A stretch of 64,000 nt of DNA from a virus, in the IMG/VR virus record IMGVR_UViG_3300032242_001694; one strand, given 5' to 3'. Made by a program: the position numbers and the translations under genes. Below, one piece after another: positions 41,242-51,046 of the stretch. Under the pieces are notes generated by a model. It saw only the letters and a program-made list of their open reading frames with translations. It made no database searches and had not been told where the DNA came from. Position 1 is the stretch's first letter; every line of letters begins with the position of its first letter.

Positions 41242-42876
41242 TTATACCTTACTTACAGTTGCACCGGTGGCGGTGTAAGTTACTTTTTGACCATTAATAA
41301 TCTCAGAAGTACCAGTAATGTTCTTAGCATTCTCAGATGCAGCCAGCTTCTTCTGTGCCGCTGCTAACTGGGAATCGATGTCGGGCTTTAAAGCTGTGTT
41401 CATTCCAGCTTTTTTCTGAGCTAGAAGAGCTTGATTCTTAGTAAAGTCACTCATTGCAGGACCAACTTTACCAACATTCAATGCTGACTTTGGCAAGTTT
41501 CCACTTACCATACTCTGGATATTTCCAGAAATATTTGGAATAAGCTTGCCTGCCATCGATACCATATTTAATGGATTCATACCATGCCCTAAAATTGATG
41601 CAATTCCCATAGTTGTCACGTTGCCTAAACCGCCGGTAATAGCTTTACTAATATCGCTAATAGCATTTCCCTTGCCAAGTAATACGTCAGCAGCTTTTCC
41701 AACAACCGCCGCGCCGATTGCTACTTCTAGAATAGTAGCAGTGTTGTGCTGAATATGGTCTTGCGCATTTGAGAAGTGGTACTCATTGTTATTTCTTCTT
41801 CTATAAAGTATAGCTCCAGTCTGCACGTCTTTGTACTGAATATATCCTGGATATGGTTCTTGATCTAACTCGTAGTACTGCTGCACATGTGTTGGTGGAA
41901 TAACAGTAGCTATGAGGGCAAGAGCTGGAATACCAATAAGTGGATTTACTTTTGGAACTACTAAAGGAGTTCTCTGTTGTGGTACTTTACCTTGATTAGA
42001 AGCAGCGCTTAAAGCTACTCCTACCATCGCTAACTTAAGGGCATCTTTGGCAATACCATCCAGTGTTCCAGACTCTAGTACTTTACCCATAATACCAATT
42101 GCAGCGCCTGCGCCAATCAAGCCAGCGATGTTGCCTAAGCTTTTTCCTAAGCTACCTGCTAGCATCTTCGTTAAGCCAACTGGGCTTGTAAGATTAATGA
42201 TATTCCTAACACTGTTAAATCCATCAACTGCGTTAGGTAGAGCTCTACTTTTCTTTTCGGGATCTACTTGCTTGACTAGATCAAGAACATCAGTCTTTGA
42301 AGTCTTATCAGCAGACGCGGTTGTTGGCTTTTCTGGCTCTTTAAGCTTTTTATCAACTTCTTTCTTATTAACAATACCGGTACTGATAGTGAACTTACCA
42401 ATGGTAGGATCAGCACCTTGATTATTGATCTTATTGATGTCAATGCGGTCTGGATAAAGCTTGCTAAATGCGTTGTATTCTACAGGATCACTTTGGTTAA
42501 CCGAAGCCGAAGGAATAGATCCAGTCTTAATGTCGATTGATTCAGCTCCATCCGTAGAAGATCCAGGCTTAGGATCTCCTGCTTTACCAAAGCTTCCCAT
42601 GATGATTGGATACTGCTGGTCAGAGTCTGCCCAGAAGCCTACAACTTTTGAGTCTTTAACTAACCCAAGTGGTGCTGTTCCAATCTTACCAATCGCAGCT
42701 GAAGTAACCGGTTGCAGCGGCATCGCCCAAGGAAGATCGTTGTCTGGAATATTCTTGGTATCATCATGTTTACCAAAGATGCGAACTTGTACGCGACCAG
42801 ATTGGTCTGGATCTTTAACATTTACTACTTTGGCTATCCACCAAGAGAATGATGAACCTAAACTTGCCTCAGTCAT
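41242..42876 (-). CDS. gp5: Baseplate hub gp5, N-terminal OB-fold part
   Basis: WWIAKVVNVKDP..GRVQVRIFGKH..LPWAMPLQP..VVGFWAD..PIIMGS. Confidence 0.8.
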   Translation of the reverse strand: MTEASLGSSFSWWIAKVVNVKDPDQSGRVQVRIFGKHDDTKNIPDNDLPWAMPLQPVTSAAIGKIGTAPLGLVKDSKVVGFWADSDQQYPIIMGSFGKAGDPKPGSSTDGAESIDIKTGSIPSASVNQSDPVEYNAFSKLYPDRIDINKINNQGADPTIGKFTISTGIVNKKEVDKKLKEPEKPTTASADKTSKTDVLDLVKQVDPEKKSRALPNAVDGFNSVRNIINLTSPVGLTKMLAGSLGKSLGNIAGLIGAGAAIGIMGKVLESGTLDGIAKDALKLAMVGVALSAASNQGKVPQQRTPLVVPKVNPLIGIPALALIATVIPPTHVQQYYELDQEPYPGYIQYKDVQTGAILYRRRNNNEYHFSNAQDHIQHNTATILEVAIGAAVVGKAADVLLGKGNAISDISKAITGGLGNVTTMGIASILGHGMNPLNMVSMAGKLIPNISGNIQSMVSGNLPKSALNVGKVGPAMSDFTKNQALLAQKKAGMNTALKPDIDSQLAAAQKKLAASENAKNITGTSEIINGQKVTYTATGATVSKV

Positions 42877-44114
42877 TTAGCAGACTCCGGATTACCTTTT
42901 AACAACTCAATCACGCAAGTATATCTAGGCTTCTCTTCAGGCTTACCAATGTCGTGGTGGATGCGAGAGATCAAGAACTTACCTGACAAAGAGGGATCAT
43001 TCTGTGTATTATCAGTTGTACCTTTTCTAGTAGGTAGATTAGCTGTAATAACATCTCCAGCTTTCAGCTTAAGATCTCCAGGAACTCTTAACTTGACAGT
43101 TCCCTGCATAAGAGTAGAAGCAAAGTTTTGTTTATCAGCAATATAAGTTGGAATGCTGGTCTTTGCTCTTTGAGATGTATCAACTGGTACTAATAGAAGT
43201 CTAGGTTTAGCTTGACCTTGTGATTCTCTATATTCTTGTGTAAATTTATTGGTATTGAGATCTCCACCACCGCCCGTTTTATAATCTTTACTATTTTTGG
43301 TAATAGTATTTGTAGTATACTCCCATGTTCTAAAATTGAAAGTAGCCACTTTAACTTGACCGCCGACAGCGATTCTATCTACCGCATTAAATTGATTAGG
43401 AGTTTCAACACCAAAGATCTGGTCATCAGTCTTATTGTTTATACTTGAGTTAATCGAGTCTGACTGCTTAAAAGTTTTAACTGAGCTTCCCTTAAACAAC
43501 TTCTCAATTGTCGTGAATTTAAAGATCTGCTCAGACCCAGATCTGGTTTCAAAGAAAACAAATAGAGATGACTTGTTCTCATTAGAAACAGCTCTCTTCA
43601 TTGCAATCTCAATTGCTTCATAAGGATTCTTATGAGAGATCTTTATGTCTTGTTTACCTTTGGTTTCTTCAACCTCAATCTTCTTTTTGCTTTGAAGATA
43701 GTCTTTATGAATAGTCTTAATGATGTCTGAGATCTGTGCGCTAAAAGTTTTCTCAACATAGTTATTCTTAGCTTTGAGTGCTTCAATCGAGACTGTGCTA
43801 ATCTTATAAGTCTTATGCTTGAGAGACGAAGTCGTACCTTTAACTTCACCTAAGTTGCTTATGCCTAGCTTATATGTTGCAGTAGATCCACCTGGAACCG
43901 AGAAAGTAATATCAACTTTTTCGTCGCCGCTGATTTTAAGTTGACCGATCTGATCGTCTGTGTCTAGAACCTCGATGTCAATGATAATTCCCGGTGTGAA
44001 GATACTTTCATAGATAGAAGCCGATACAAACGACTTAGCCAGATCAAGAGAACCTCGATCCGAAGAAATCGTAAATTTCTTTACGTTAATATCGCCGGGT
44101 GAAAAACCTGTCAT
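42873..44114 (-). CDS. Baseplate hub protein (gp27-like position)
   Basis: IYESIF, FVFFET, VPGDLKLKAG, SGKFLISRIHH; between gp53 and gp5. Confidence 0.6.
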   Translation of the reverse strand: MTGFSPGDINVKKFTISSDRGSLDLAKSFVSASIYESIFTPGIIIDIEVLDTDDQIGQLKISGDEKVDITFSVPGGSTATYKLGISNLGEVKGTTSSLKHKTYKISTVSIEALKAKNNYVEKTFSAQISDIIKTIHKDYLQSKKKIEVEETKGKQDIKISHKNPYEAIEIAMKRAVSNENKSSLFVFFETRSGSEQIFKFTTIEKLFKGSSVKTFKQSDSINSSINNKTDDQIFGVETPNQFNAVDRIAVGGQVKVATFNFRTWEYTTNTITKNSKDYKTGGGGDLNTNKFTQEYRESQGQAKPRLLLVPVDTSQRAKTSIPTYIADKQNFASTLMQGTVKLRVPGDLKLKAGDVITANLPTRKGTTDNTQNDPSLSGKFLISRIHHDIGKPEEKPRYTCVIELLKGNPESAK

Positions 44115-44115
44115 A

Positions 44116-44997
44116 TTACTGTGCCATTATCTCCGTTAAGCGGCTAGATAATCCACCGCTTACACCATTATCTAAAACTCTAATAGATTTTCTACTTTCA
44201 TTTTTTTCATTCTCAAGATCATATATCGTTACTGGCTCCCAGTAAATCTCTTCACCAACTACTATATTATTTGCAATAGACTTCGTTGCTGTAAATGCAA
44301 CGTTTGATCCGCTCTCCGTTCCAAACACATAGCTATTTCCAGTAATTGATACAGATCCATTTGTATATAGCGTTCCAGAAATATGCTGGAGAATTAAAGT
44401 GCTATTGTTGGAATAAGACACTTGTCCTCTTCCAATGTGAGAGTTATCAAAGTGAACATAAACTACTTCATTGTTGGTAAATGAGTTAGCAGAACATGTT
44501 ACACTAGTTAATCCATTAGTATTAATAGTCCAATCAGCCGGTGTTCTAACGTAACTCAATAGCTCACCTGTATCATTATTAATAAATGGTTGATAGTATC
44601 TGTGATGATTTGAAGGCAAAGCGTTATAATCAGATACGCTTATACGACCGCCATTATACCAGTTATTTCTATATAAACTTATCTTATTCTGTAAGTTTGA
44701 GATCTGGTTACCATACTTAGATGTTAAGTATGAATTAAACTTATCGCTCGGGAGATACCATTGATAGTATGGATCGATGATTCCATTAGAAAGATAAAGA
44801 ATCCAGTCCATGTACTGATCATTGTAGTAGTCATCGGCTATCTCGTCAGCTCTCTGGCCGCTTGATATATCATACGAGTAATATATAAATGGATTTGTTG
44901 GGACAGACGAAGTTATCGCTGCTCTCACGGTTAGGTCTACGGCGAATGTATTCGCGTAAGCTACTCCCGGAAATTTTCTAAAATAATTCTCGGCCAT
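44116..44997 (-). CDS. gp53: Baseplate wedge protein
   Basis: YFRKFP, RADEIADDYY, WILYLSNGIIDPYYQW, ENEKNESRKSI. Confidence 0.85.
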   Translation of the reverse strand: MAENYFRKFPGVAYANTFAVDLTVRAAITSSVPTNPFIYYSYDISSGQRADEIADDYYNDQYMDWILYLSNGIIDPYYQWYLPSDKFNSYLTSKYGNQISNLQNKISLYRNNWYNGGRISVSDYNALPSNHHRYYQPFINNDTGELLSYVRTPADWTINTNGLTSVTCSANSFTNNEVVYVHFDNSHIGRGQVSYSNNSTLILQHISGTLYTNGSVSITGNSYVFGTESGSNVAFTATKSIANNIVVGEEIYWEPVTIYDLENEKNESRKSIRVLDNGVSGGLSSRLTEIMAQ

Positions 44998-45006
44998 TTA
45001 CTTCTC

Positions 45007-46116
45007 TTACTGTGGGTTACTGCCTGGATCAGCATAAACGTTAGGATAATTTTGATTATCTTGTTTAATTGTATTATTAGTGTCTTTTATAGAATCAAAA
45101 GCTTTTCCAGCTAATCCAGCCGCTGCATCGAATAATGCAGACTTATAATTTCCAGCGCCACCGCCATCAGTCATAGATTCTTTAGTCCACATCTCAATTT
45201 CTTGAAACTCAACGCCTAAGCTGATATGCGTTGGAGCAAATGTATCTTTAAAGAATGATGGGCCATTCGGAGCGTAGTCAGCAGTAACTGACTTTACAGC
45301 GCAGGGCTTGAACTTATACAAGTAAGCGTTTGTTGGATATAGTTGAATGTCAGCTATATTTGGATAGCTAAAGAACGTTCCTGCAGAGCCGCCGCCTGAG
45401 AGTCCAGGAAGCATGTTAAACTTAAATGACTGGATAATTGCAGCGATCATTGCAGACTCTTGCGGATTTCTAGGAGCAAAGACCCAGCTGAATGAATGTG
45501 ACTTAAAGTTTGGGCTTTGGAACAACATAGTCATAAATGGATTTGCGGCGAGACCTGCTAGTTGAAGCGCTTGAGCACCAGCTCCACCTAAAGCGCCAGA
45601 AATAGTGGCAGCACCATAAGCACCGGCCCCGGCTGCTAAAGCTCCAGTTAGTGAACCATCAGCTCCTGAATTTTTAAGAGAATTCAAAGCGCTTTCAGCA
45701 AAATTTCGTGATGCCGCGCCGCTGCCTCCAAACTCATTAGTTTTACTTGGTGCTATTAGTTGTTCAATACCGGCTCCAACCGCTGCGCTTTTTGCATCAG
45801 CTTGTGATGCATTCCAATTTACAGATGTCGCGTCGTTGAGACTTCCAGGAAGTGGGAGTGTAATCCCACCGCGAGCTCTTAAGAAAGGAGCAGCAAAAAT
45901 CGATCGTCTTTCATAAGACTTAAACTTGATACTAATATAGGCATTTCTACCGATGTCGGCATTAACTAGATCGCTTGGATAAACAAAGTTACCCATGAAG
46001 TATTTTGCGCCAGCTGAATTGTTAGGATCATTGCCGCTTTGATTATACGCAGTTAATCCGGCTTCAGCTACGGCTCCCCACTTAAAAGTTTGGCCAATGA
46101 AGTTAGTAAGGTCCAT
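45007..46116 (-). CDS. gp48: Baseplate tail-tube cap
   Basis: ITLPLP, NPFMTMLFQSPNFKSHSFSWVFAPRN, YAPNG, FQEIE. Confidence 0.8.
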   Translation of the reverse strand: MDLTNFIGQTFKWGAVAEAGLTAYNQSGNDPNNSAGAKYFMGNFVYPSDLVNADIGRNAYISIKFKSYERRSIFAAPFLRARGGITLPLPGSLNDATSVNWNASQADAKSAAVGAGIEQLIAPSKTNEFGGSGAASRNFAESALNSLKNSGADGSLTGALAAGAGAYGAATISGALGGAGAQALQLAGLAANPFMTMLFQSPNFKSHSFSWVFAPRNPQESAMIAAIIQSFKFNMLPGLSGGGSAGTFFSYPNIADIQLYPTNAYLYKFKPCAVKSVTADYAPNGPSFFKDTFAPTHISLGVEFQEIEMWTKESMTDGGGAGNYKSALFDAAAGLAGKAFDSIKDTNNTIKQDNQNYPNVYADPGSNPQ

Positions 46117-46125
46117 GAAAGTTCC

Positions 46126-46152
46126 TATAAATATATTTACTTCTTATTTATT
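46126..46152. promoter_or_regulatory. Divergent late promoter pair
   Basis: TATAAATA on + (46126-46133) and AATAAATA on - (46145-46152) in the gp48/gp4 gap. Confidence 0.7.
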
Positions 46153-46164
46153 ATAGAGACACAT

Positions 46165-46605
46165 ATGTCCTACAAAGGTTACTTCAAACCAAAAAATCCT
46201 GGCAAATACAAAGGTAATCCAACTAACATTATTTATAGGTCTAGTTGGGAACTTAAGCTGATGTCTTACTTAGACACTCACCAAGACGTGATTCAATGGA
46301 GCTCTGAAGAGTTCTGTATCCCATATCGCTCACCAGTTGACAATAGAATTCACAGATACTTTCCAGACTTCTATGTTAAGAAGAAGAACAAAGATGGAAC
46401 TATCGAGGTAGTAGTTATCGAGGTTAAGCCTTTGGCACAGACACAAGAGCCAAAGAAGCCGTCTAAAGTAACCAAGCGCTACATCAACGAGGTTTACACT
46501 TGGGGTATAAATAGTGCTAAGTGGAAGGCTGCTAAAGAGTTTTGCGAAGATCGCAAGTGGTCATTCCAGATATTCACCGAAAAAGAACTGCAGATCAAAT
46601 TTTAA
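46165..46605 (+). CDS. gp4: Head completion nuclease
   Basis: YKGNPTNIIYRSSWE, WSSEE, HRYFPDF, IEVKP, NSAKWKAA; true start MSYKG at 46165. Confidence 0.92.
   Translation: MSYKGYFKPKNPGKYKGNPTNIIYRSSWELKLMSYLDTHQDVIQWSSEEFCIPYRSPVDNRIHRYFPDFYVKKKNKDGTIEVVVIEVKPLAQTQEPKKPSKVTKRYINEVYTWGINSAKWKAAKEFCEDRKWSFQIFTEKELQIKF
46506..46513 (+). promoter_or_regulatory. T4 late promoter TATAAATA inside gp4
   Basis: Exact consensus about 90 nt upstream of gp2. Confidence 0.55.
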
Positions 46606-47135
46606 TGGCAAACGAACCGACCACAAAAGAGTCAGTTAACTGGTTTCGCGAGACAGCTCAAGGCTTGTCTGGAAACTATAACAAGCTGATGAATGATCCA
46701 AAAAACGTTGCCGGAGGCTTAACCATAGACTCTATTGGCAGAATGTACATGTTCTTCTACGATCCCAAGCATGGCGAGACTCTTGTAAAATACGATACGT
46801 TTCCTCTTGTGTTTCCAATTAACTTCTACAGCGATGGATTCTTAGGACTTAACCTGCACTATCTTCCTCCAGGTGCTCGCGTCGGTCTTCTAAATGCCAT
46901 GAAAGATACTATAACTAATGATAAATATGATGATAGTACTAAGTTAAATATATCTTATAGAATATTGAATAATATTGCGTCCCGCACGGGATTCAAAGAT
47001 TGCGTTAAGAGATACTTGTATGGATTTGTGCAAAGTAGATACTTATACATAGAGCCTAAAAATTGGGAATTTGCTCTTAATCTACCCACTGAAAGCTTTG
47101 TTACTAAATCACAGAACATACGCGCCGGGAGATAA
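46605..47135 (+). CDS. gp2: DNA end protector
   Basis: GRMYMFFYDPKH, YDTFPLVFP, GLNLHYLPP, VKRYL; start at TAATG overlap. Confidence 0.9.
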   Translation: MANEPTTKESVNWFRETAQGLSGNYNKLMNDPKNVAGGLTIDSIGRMYMFFYDPKHGETLVKYDTFPLVFPINFYSDGFLGLNLHYLPPGARVGLLNAMKDTITNDKYDDSTKLNISYRILNNIASRTGFKDCVKRYLYGFVQSRYLYIEPKNWEFALNLPTESFVTKSQNIRAGR

Positions 47136-47137
47136 TA

Positions 47138-47947
47138 GTGGCATATAACATATCAGAATTTAAGTCAAACATTGGTAGGTACGGTATCCAGCCGACCAAC
47201 AAGTTCATGACTATTATGACAGCCCCGCTTTCAATTAACTTAAGCAGCTTCACTGTTATCGCTGATACTTTCAACACTTTAAGCGCTGAGAGAATGATCT
47301 ATCTAAGATCTGAACAAGTCAAGATTCCAGGCGTCACTATTGCAGGAAGTGACAACAAAAGATATGGCGTTGGGGTAGCTCAGAAGATGCCTCACAACGT
47401 CCAGTTTAGTGACATCTCGATGACTTTTGTAGCAGACCAAGAAGGTATTATCTATAGATACTTCTATTCTTGGATTAATCAGATCGTTGACTTTAATGGA
47501 TCTGTCAACTACGCGGGTAGATCTTCATACATGGTTGGATATAAAGATAACTATGTAACTGACATATACATCTTTGTATATGATAACTATGGAAATATAT
47601 CTAAGACGATTACTCTGTACGACGCGTTCCCAATCAGCATGAATGAGATCAGCTTAGATTGGAACCAGACAAACACAGTCATGAAGATCAACGTTAACTT
47701 TTCATATAAAGAATGGTCAATCGATAACGTTAGCACTGCTTTTGGAAGTACACTTGATCTTATACTTGGAGCGTTTGGTGGAAACTTGGGCGACTTTACA
47801 AATGGAATTAGTTTCAATAGCTTTAACACTGGTCCATCTCTCTTTAGTTCATCTTTTGGATCAGGCAGTCCACAGACTAGCACCGAAAACCCTACTGCAA
47901 CCGCTGACACTACAACTGGATCGCCGTCTAATCTAGGTGGCATTTAA
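47138..47947 (+). CDS. gp54: Baseplate tail-tube initiator
   Basis: gp19-like fold motifs (IPGVTI, YFYSWIN, LYDAFPI, FSYKEW); synteny. Confidence 0.75.
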   Translation: MAYNISEFKSNIGRYGIQPTNKFMTIMTAPLSINLSSFTVIADTFNTLSAERMIYLRSEQVKIPGVTIAGSDNKRYGVGVAQKMPHNVQFSDISMTFVADQEGIIYRYFYSWINQIVDFNGSVNYAGRSSYMVGYKDNYVTDIYIFVYDNYGNISKTITLYDAFPISMNEISLDWNQTNTVMKINVNFSYKEWSIDNVSTAFGSTLDLILGAFGGNLGDFTNGISFNSFNTGPSLFSSSFGSGSPQTSTENPTATADTTTGSPSNLGGI

Positions 47948-47967
47948 TTAAATAATTGGAGTTTATT

Positions 47968-48675
47968 ATGTCTCTACCAAAGATAACTTATCCGCAAATT
48001 ATACTTACAATTCCATCTTCTAAGAAGAAAGTTACTTTTCGTCCTTTCTTAGTAAAAGAAGAAAAGATTCTCTTGATGGCCAAGCTAAGTGATGAAGAGA
48101 GTGACATCTTGATTGCAATTAAGCAGGTAGTCAATAACTGCGCGATTGATGAGTTCGACGTAAATGCTATCTCACTCTTTGATCTTGAGTATATCTTCAT
48201 TCAGCTCAGAGCAGCTTCAGTCAATGATACCGTTGAAGTGTCTTATAAAGACAACGAAGACGAAAAGATCTATGATTTTGAAGTAAAGCTAAAAGATATT
48301 AAAGTTAACTTTCCAGAAAAAATTGACAATAAGATCCGGATCACTGACACAACTGGTATTGTTATGAAGTATCCTAACTCTTCACTTTATGAAGACAAAG
48401 AGTTTCTTGAATCGGGTGACGACTCTTTCTTTCAACTTATCCTTAGATGCGTTGATAAAGTATATGATGAGAATGAAGTGTATGAGACATCTGCTTACTC
48501 TAAAAAAGAACTTGAAGAGTATGTTGAGAATCTAGACATCAAAACTTTTGAGAAAATCCAAGATTTCATGATCAACCAGCCTAAGCTCTCATACGTGATC
48601 AAGTACAAGAACTCGCTTGGCAACGACAGAGAGATTGAGCTGACGACTCTATCTGATTTTTTTACCTTACGCTGA
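47968..48675 (+). CDS. gp26: Baseplate hub assembly protein
   Basis: FRPFLVKEEKILLMA, FDLEYIFIQLRA, MKYP, terminal LSDFF; start MSLPK at 47968. Confidence 0.9.
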   Translation: MSLPKITYPQIILTIPSSKKKVTFRPFLVKEEKILLMAKLSDEESDILIAIKQVVNNCAIDEFDVNAISLFDLEYIFIQLRAASVNDTVEVSYKDNEDEKIYDFEVKLKDIKVNFPEKIDNKIRITDTTGIVMKYPNSSLYEDKEFLESGDDSFFQLILRCVDKVYDENEVYETSAYSKKELEEYVENLDIKTFEKIQDFMINQPKLSYVIKYKNSLGNDREIELTTLSDFFTLR

Positions 48676-48848
48676 ACCATAACAACCTTGAGAACTATTA
48701 CATAACAATATTCTCACTGGTTCAGCATCATAAATACTCTATTAGTGAAGTTGAGAACCTTATACCATTTGAGCGTGATCTCTATGTTGAGATGTTAATG
48801 AACTATCTCAGAGAATTAGAAGAACAGAGAAAGCAAAATAATGGCTAA
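48657..48848 (+). CDS. gp51: gp51-like baseplate hub assembly frame with no start codon, -1 relative to gp26
   Basis: Manual translation YLTLNHNNLENYYITIFSLVQHHKYSISEVENLIPFERDLYVEMLMNYLRELEEQRKQNNG*; QHHKYS/E.LIPFERDLY is the T4-like gp51 signature. Confidence 0.8.
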   Translation, partial: FFYLTLNHNNLENYYITIFSLVQHHKYSISEVENLIPFERDLYVEMLMNYLRELEEQRKQNNG

Positions 48849-49266
48849 GTTTGCGAAACCGACCGATGATGACGCACCGCTTCCTGTACCACCGGTCGCT
48901 GTAGAAACTGTTGTTCCTCCTCCAAGATCACAGTCAAGTGAGTCGGTTAACTTTACGCAGAATTCAATCGACTCATCGATCTATAATCACCAACTTGACA
49001 AAGAAGACGAGCACTGGGTAAAAGCTTACTGGCGTCCCGTGATGGGTTGGCTATACATGTTGATCTGCTTTATGGACTTTATAGGGTTTCCAATCTTTGC
49101 AATGTTTTTACCAGTGATTTATAAGAGCGATGGGATGTCGGTTGCTTACATAGCGTGGCAGCCGATCACGCTTGCAAACGGCGGTCTAATTCATCTGGCA
49201 TTTGGTGCCATTCTAGGCGTAGCAGCTTATAGCCGCGGTCAAGAAAAGTTAGCAAAGATTAACTAA
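48841..49266 (+). CDS. Holin-like membrane protein (GTA 3TM holin type)
   Basis: WRPVMGWLYMLICFMDF, HLAFGAILGVAAYSRGQEK; hydrophobic segments. Confidence 0.6.
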   Translation: MAKFAKPTDDDAPLPVPPVAVETVVPPPRSQSSESVNFTQNSIDSSIYNHQLDKEDEHWVKAYWRPVMGWLYMLICFMDFIGFPIFAMFLPVIYKSDGMSVAYIAWQPITLANGGLIHLAFGAILGVAAYSRGQEKLAKIN

Positions 49267-51044
49267 TGGCCGACAACGATAAGCTTGATATTAACTTTAA
49301 AGACTTAGCTAGAAGTGCATCTCAGTATGTCTTCAGTTCTACTTTTCCGTCTCTGGAAAGAATGCTTAAGACTGTTCAAACAACTGGCGAAGAGAATAAG
49401 CAAGAAGTTGAAGACTTAAGCTCTACGATTAGTTCAGTTAATATACGGCTAAATGATATTAACGTTGGTCTTAGAAAACTAAATGATGCGATGTCAAAGT
49501 CGCTGGGTATTCTTGGAAAGATACTTAAGGCCCAAGATAGCTCTAGTGGAGCAGATAGCAATAATACACTTCCAGGAGGCGGTCTTAATAATATAAGCAA
49601 AGCGGCTGGTGCCACACTAGGCGCTGGCGCGATGATGTCTGTTATTGAGAATCAGCACAGCGCTCCAGGACCAGAAACTTCAGCGCAAGGCGGCGATCAA
49701 GGAGCCAAGCCATCTACACCAATCGCTGGCGGTTCTACTTCAAGTCTTAATACTCCAAATGCTACAAAAGCAGCGTCACCAACTGGATCAGCTCCATCTA
49801 CTCCAGCTCCTCAACCTGAGAAAAAAGATGCATCAGCTGCAGGAGGCGGTAAAACACTTCTGATAAAAGCTTCAACTATTATATTTGAAGCTGGTCAAAT
49901 TATGTTTACCAGTGGAAGCATTGCTGGAAGTAGCAGTGGTGGTACTGTACCAACTTCAGTATCTTCTAGTGGTGGAAGTAACAGTGGTGGAACAGGACCA
50001 ACTTCAGTATCTTCTAGTGGCGGAAGTAGAAGCAGTGGACCGTCTGCTTCATTGGGTGCTTCACCTGCAAATGCACCAATGAATATGCCAGCTGAAGAAA
50101 ACCAACAGCAACCACAGGGCGGTGCCAGTGGAGCTCCTGGAAGCTTTGAAAGCGCAGTAGCAGGTCAATCTGGAGGAATGACTACTCTTAAGACTAAAAG
50201 AGGAAAATCTTATCAAGTAGCATCTCAAGACGCTAAGAAGTTTCATGGCTTTGTCGATGAGCTAGAAAGATCTGGCTATCAGATTAATCAGATTGGTGGT
50301 TATCGCCAAAGCGCTATGTGGCATGGAAAGGGTATGGCAATCGACATCAACCCTGACCAGAACCCAATGCTTGAGAATAAAAATGGAAGAATCATCAATC
50401 GAATAACAGGCCAAGAAGCTAGCGAATTAAAAAATCCTAGATATCCATTTGGTTATGGAAAAGATAACTTTGGTTCTATCGATGTAAGTAATATGGCAAA
50501 GAAGCATGGTCTCGGATGGGGTGGCAACTGGAAGTCATCAACAGACACCATGCATTTCTCCTCTGGTCCTAACGAGATGACTGAACCAACGCCTCAAGCA
50601 ATTGCAGCTAGAGGTGGAGGTGGTGGCGAGCAACAACAGACCGCTGCGGCTTCTCCGGCCCCTGCAGCGACTCCGGTGTCAAAGCCCGAGGTTGCTTCGG
50701 CTAGTTCTTCAGGCGGTCCATCTGCTCCATTAGGAGCTTCGCCGGCAGATAAGAAACCACCGGCTGCTTCGATGCAAGTAGCAAGTATTCCTACTAAAGG
50801 TGCAGAGCTTAATAGCGAATCAACTTCAAGTGAAGTTGGAAGTATTACTCCACCTGCAAGAGCATCTATGAATAGTATTGGCGCAGGTGGCGGTCAGCAA
50901 AAAGAATCGGATGTTCCTCCAAATCCAAAAATAACAAATGCAAATAAAGCTGGTAATGTTGAACCAGATGATGCAGCTCAAAGATATGAATCGCTATTTG
51001 GAATGAAGCCCAAAGTACCAACAGGTTCAGGGGCTAGAGTGTAA
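49266..51044 (+). CDS. Tail-associated protein with M15-family Zn peptidase domain
   Basis: GGYR, HGKGMAIDINP, WGGNW..DTMHF; coiled-coil N-terminus; low-complexity linkers. Confidence 0.7.
   Translation: MADNDKLDINFKDLARSASQYVFSSTFPSLERMLKTVQTTGEENKQEVEDLSSTISSVNIRLNDINVGLRKLNDAMSKSLGILGKILKAQDSSSGADSNNTLPGGGLNNISKAAGATLGAGAMMSVIENQHSAPGPETSAQGGDQGAKPSTPIAGGSTSSLNTPNATKAASPTGSAPSTPAPQPEKKDASAAGGGKTLLIKASTIIFEAGQIMFTSGSIAGSSSGGTVPTSVSSSGGSNSGGTGPTSVSSSGGSRSSGPSASLGASPANAPMNMPAEENQQQPQGGASGAPGSFESAVAGQSGGMTTLKTKRGKSYQVASQDAKKFHGFVDELERSGYQINQIGGYRQSAMWHGKGMAIDINPDQNPMLENKNGRIINRITGQEASELKNPRYPFGYGKDNFGSIDVSNMAKKHGLGWGGNWKSSTDTMHFSSGPNEMTEPTPQAIAARGGGGGEQQQTAAASPAPAATPVSKPEVASASSSGGPSAPLGASPADKKPPAASMQVASIPTKGAELNSESTSSEVGSITPPARASMNSIGAGGGQQKESDVPPNPKITNANKAGNVEPDDAAQRYESLFGMKPKVPTGSGARV
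49925..50028 (+). repeat. 48-bp tandem duplication (SGGTxPTSVSSSGGS)
   Basis: Two near-identical copies of ccaacttcagtatcttctagtgg, 48 nt apart. Confidence 0.8.
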
Positions 51045-51046
51045 CA

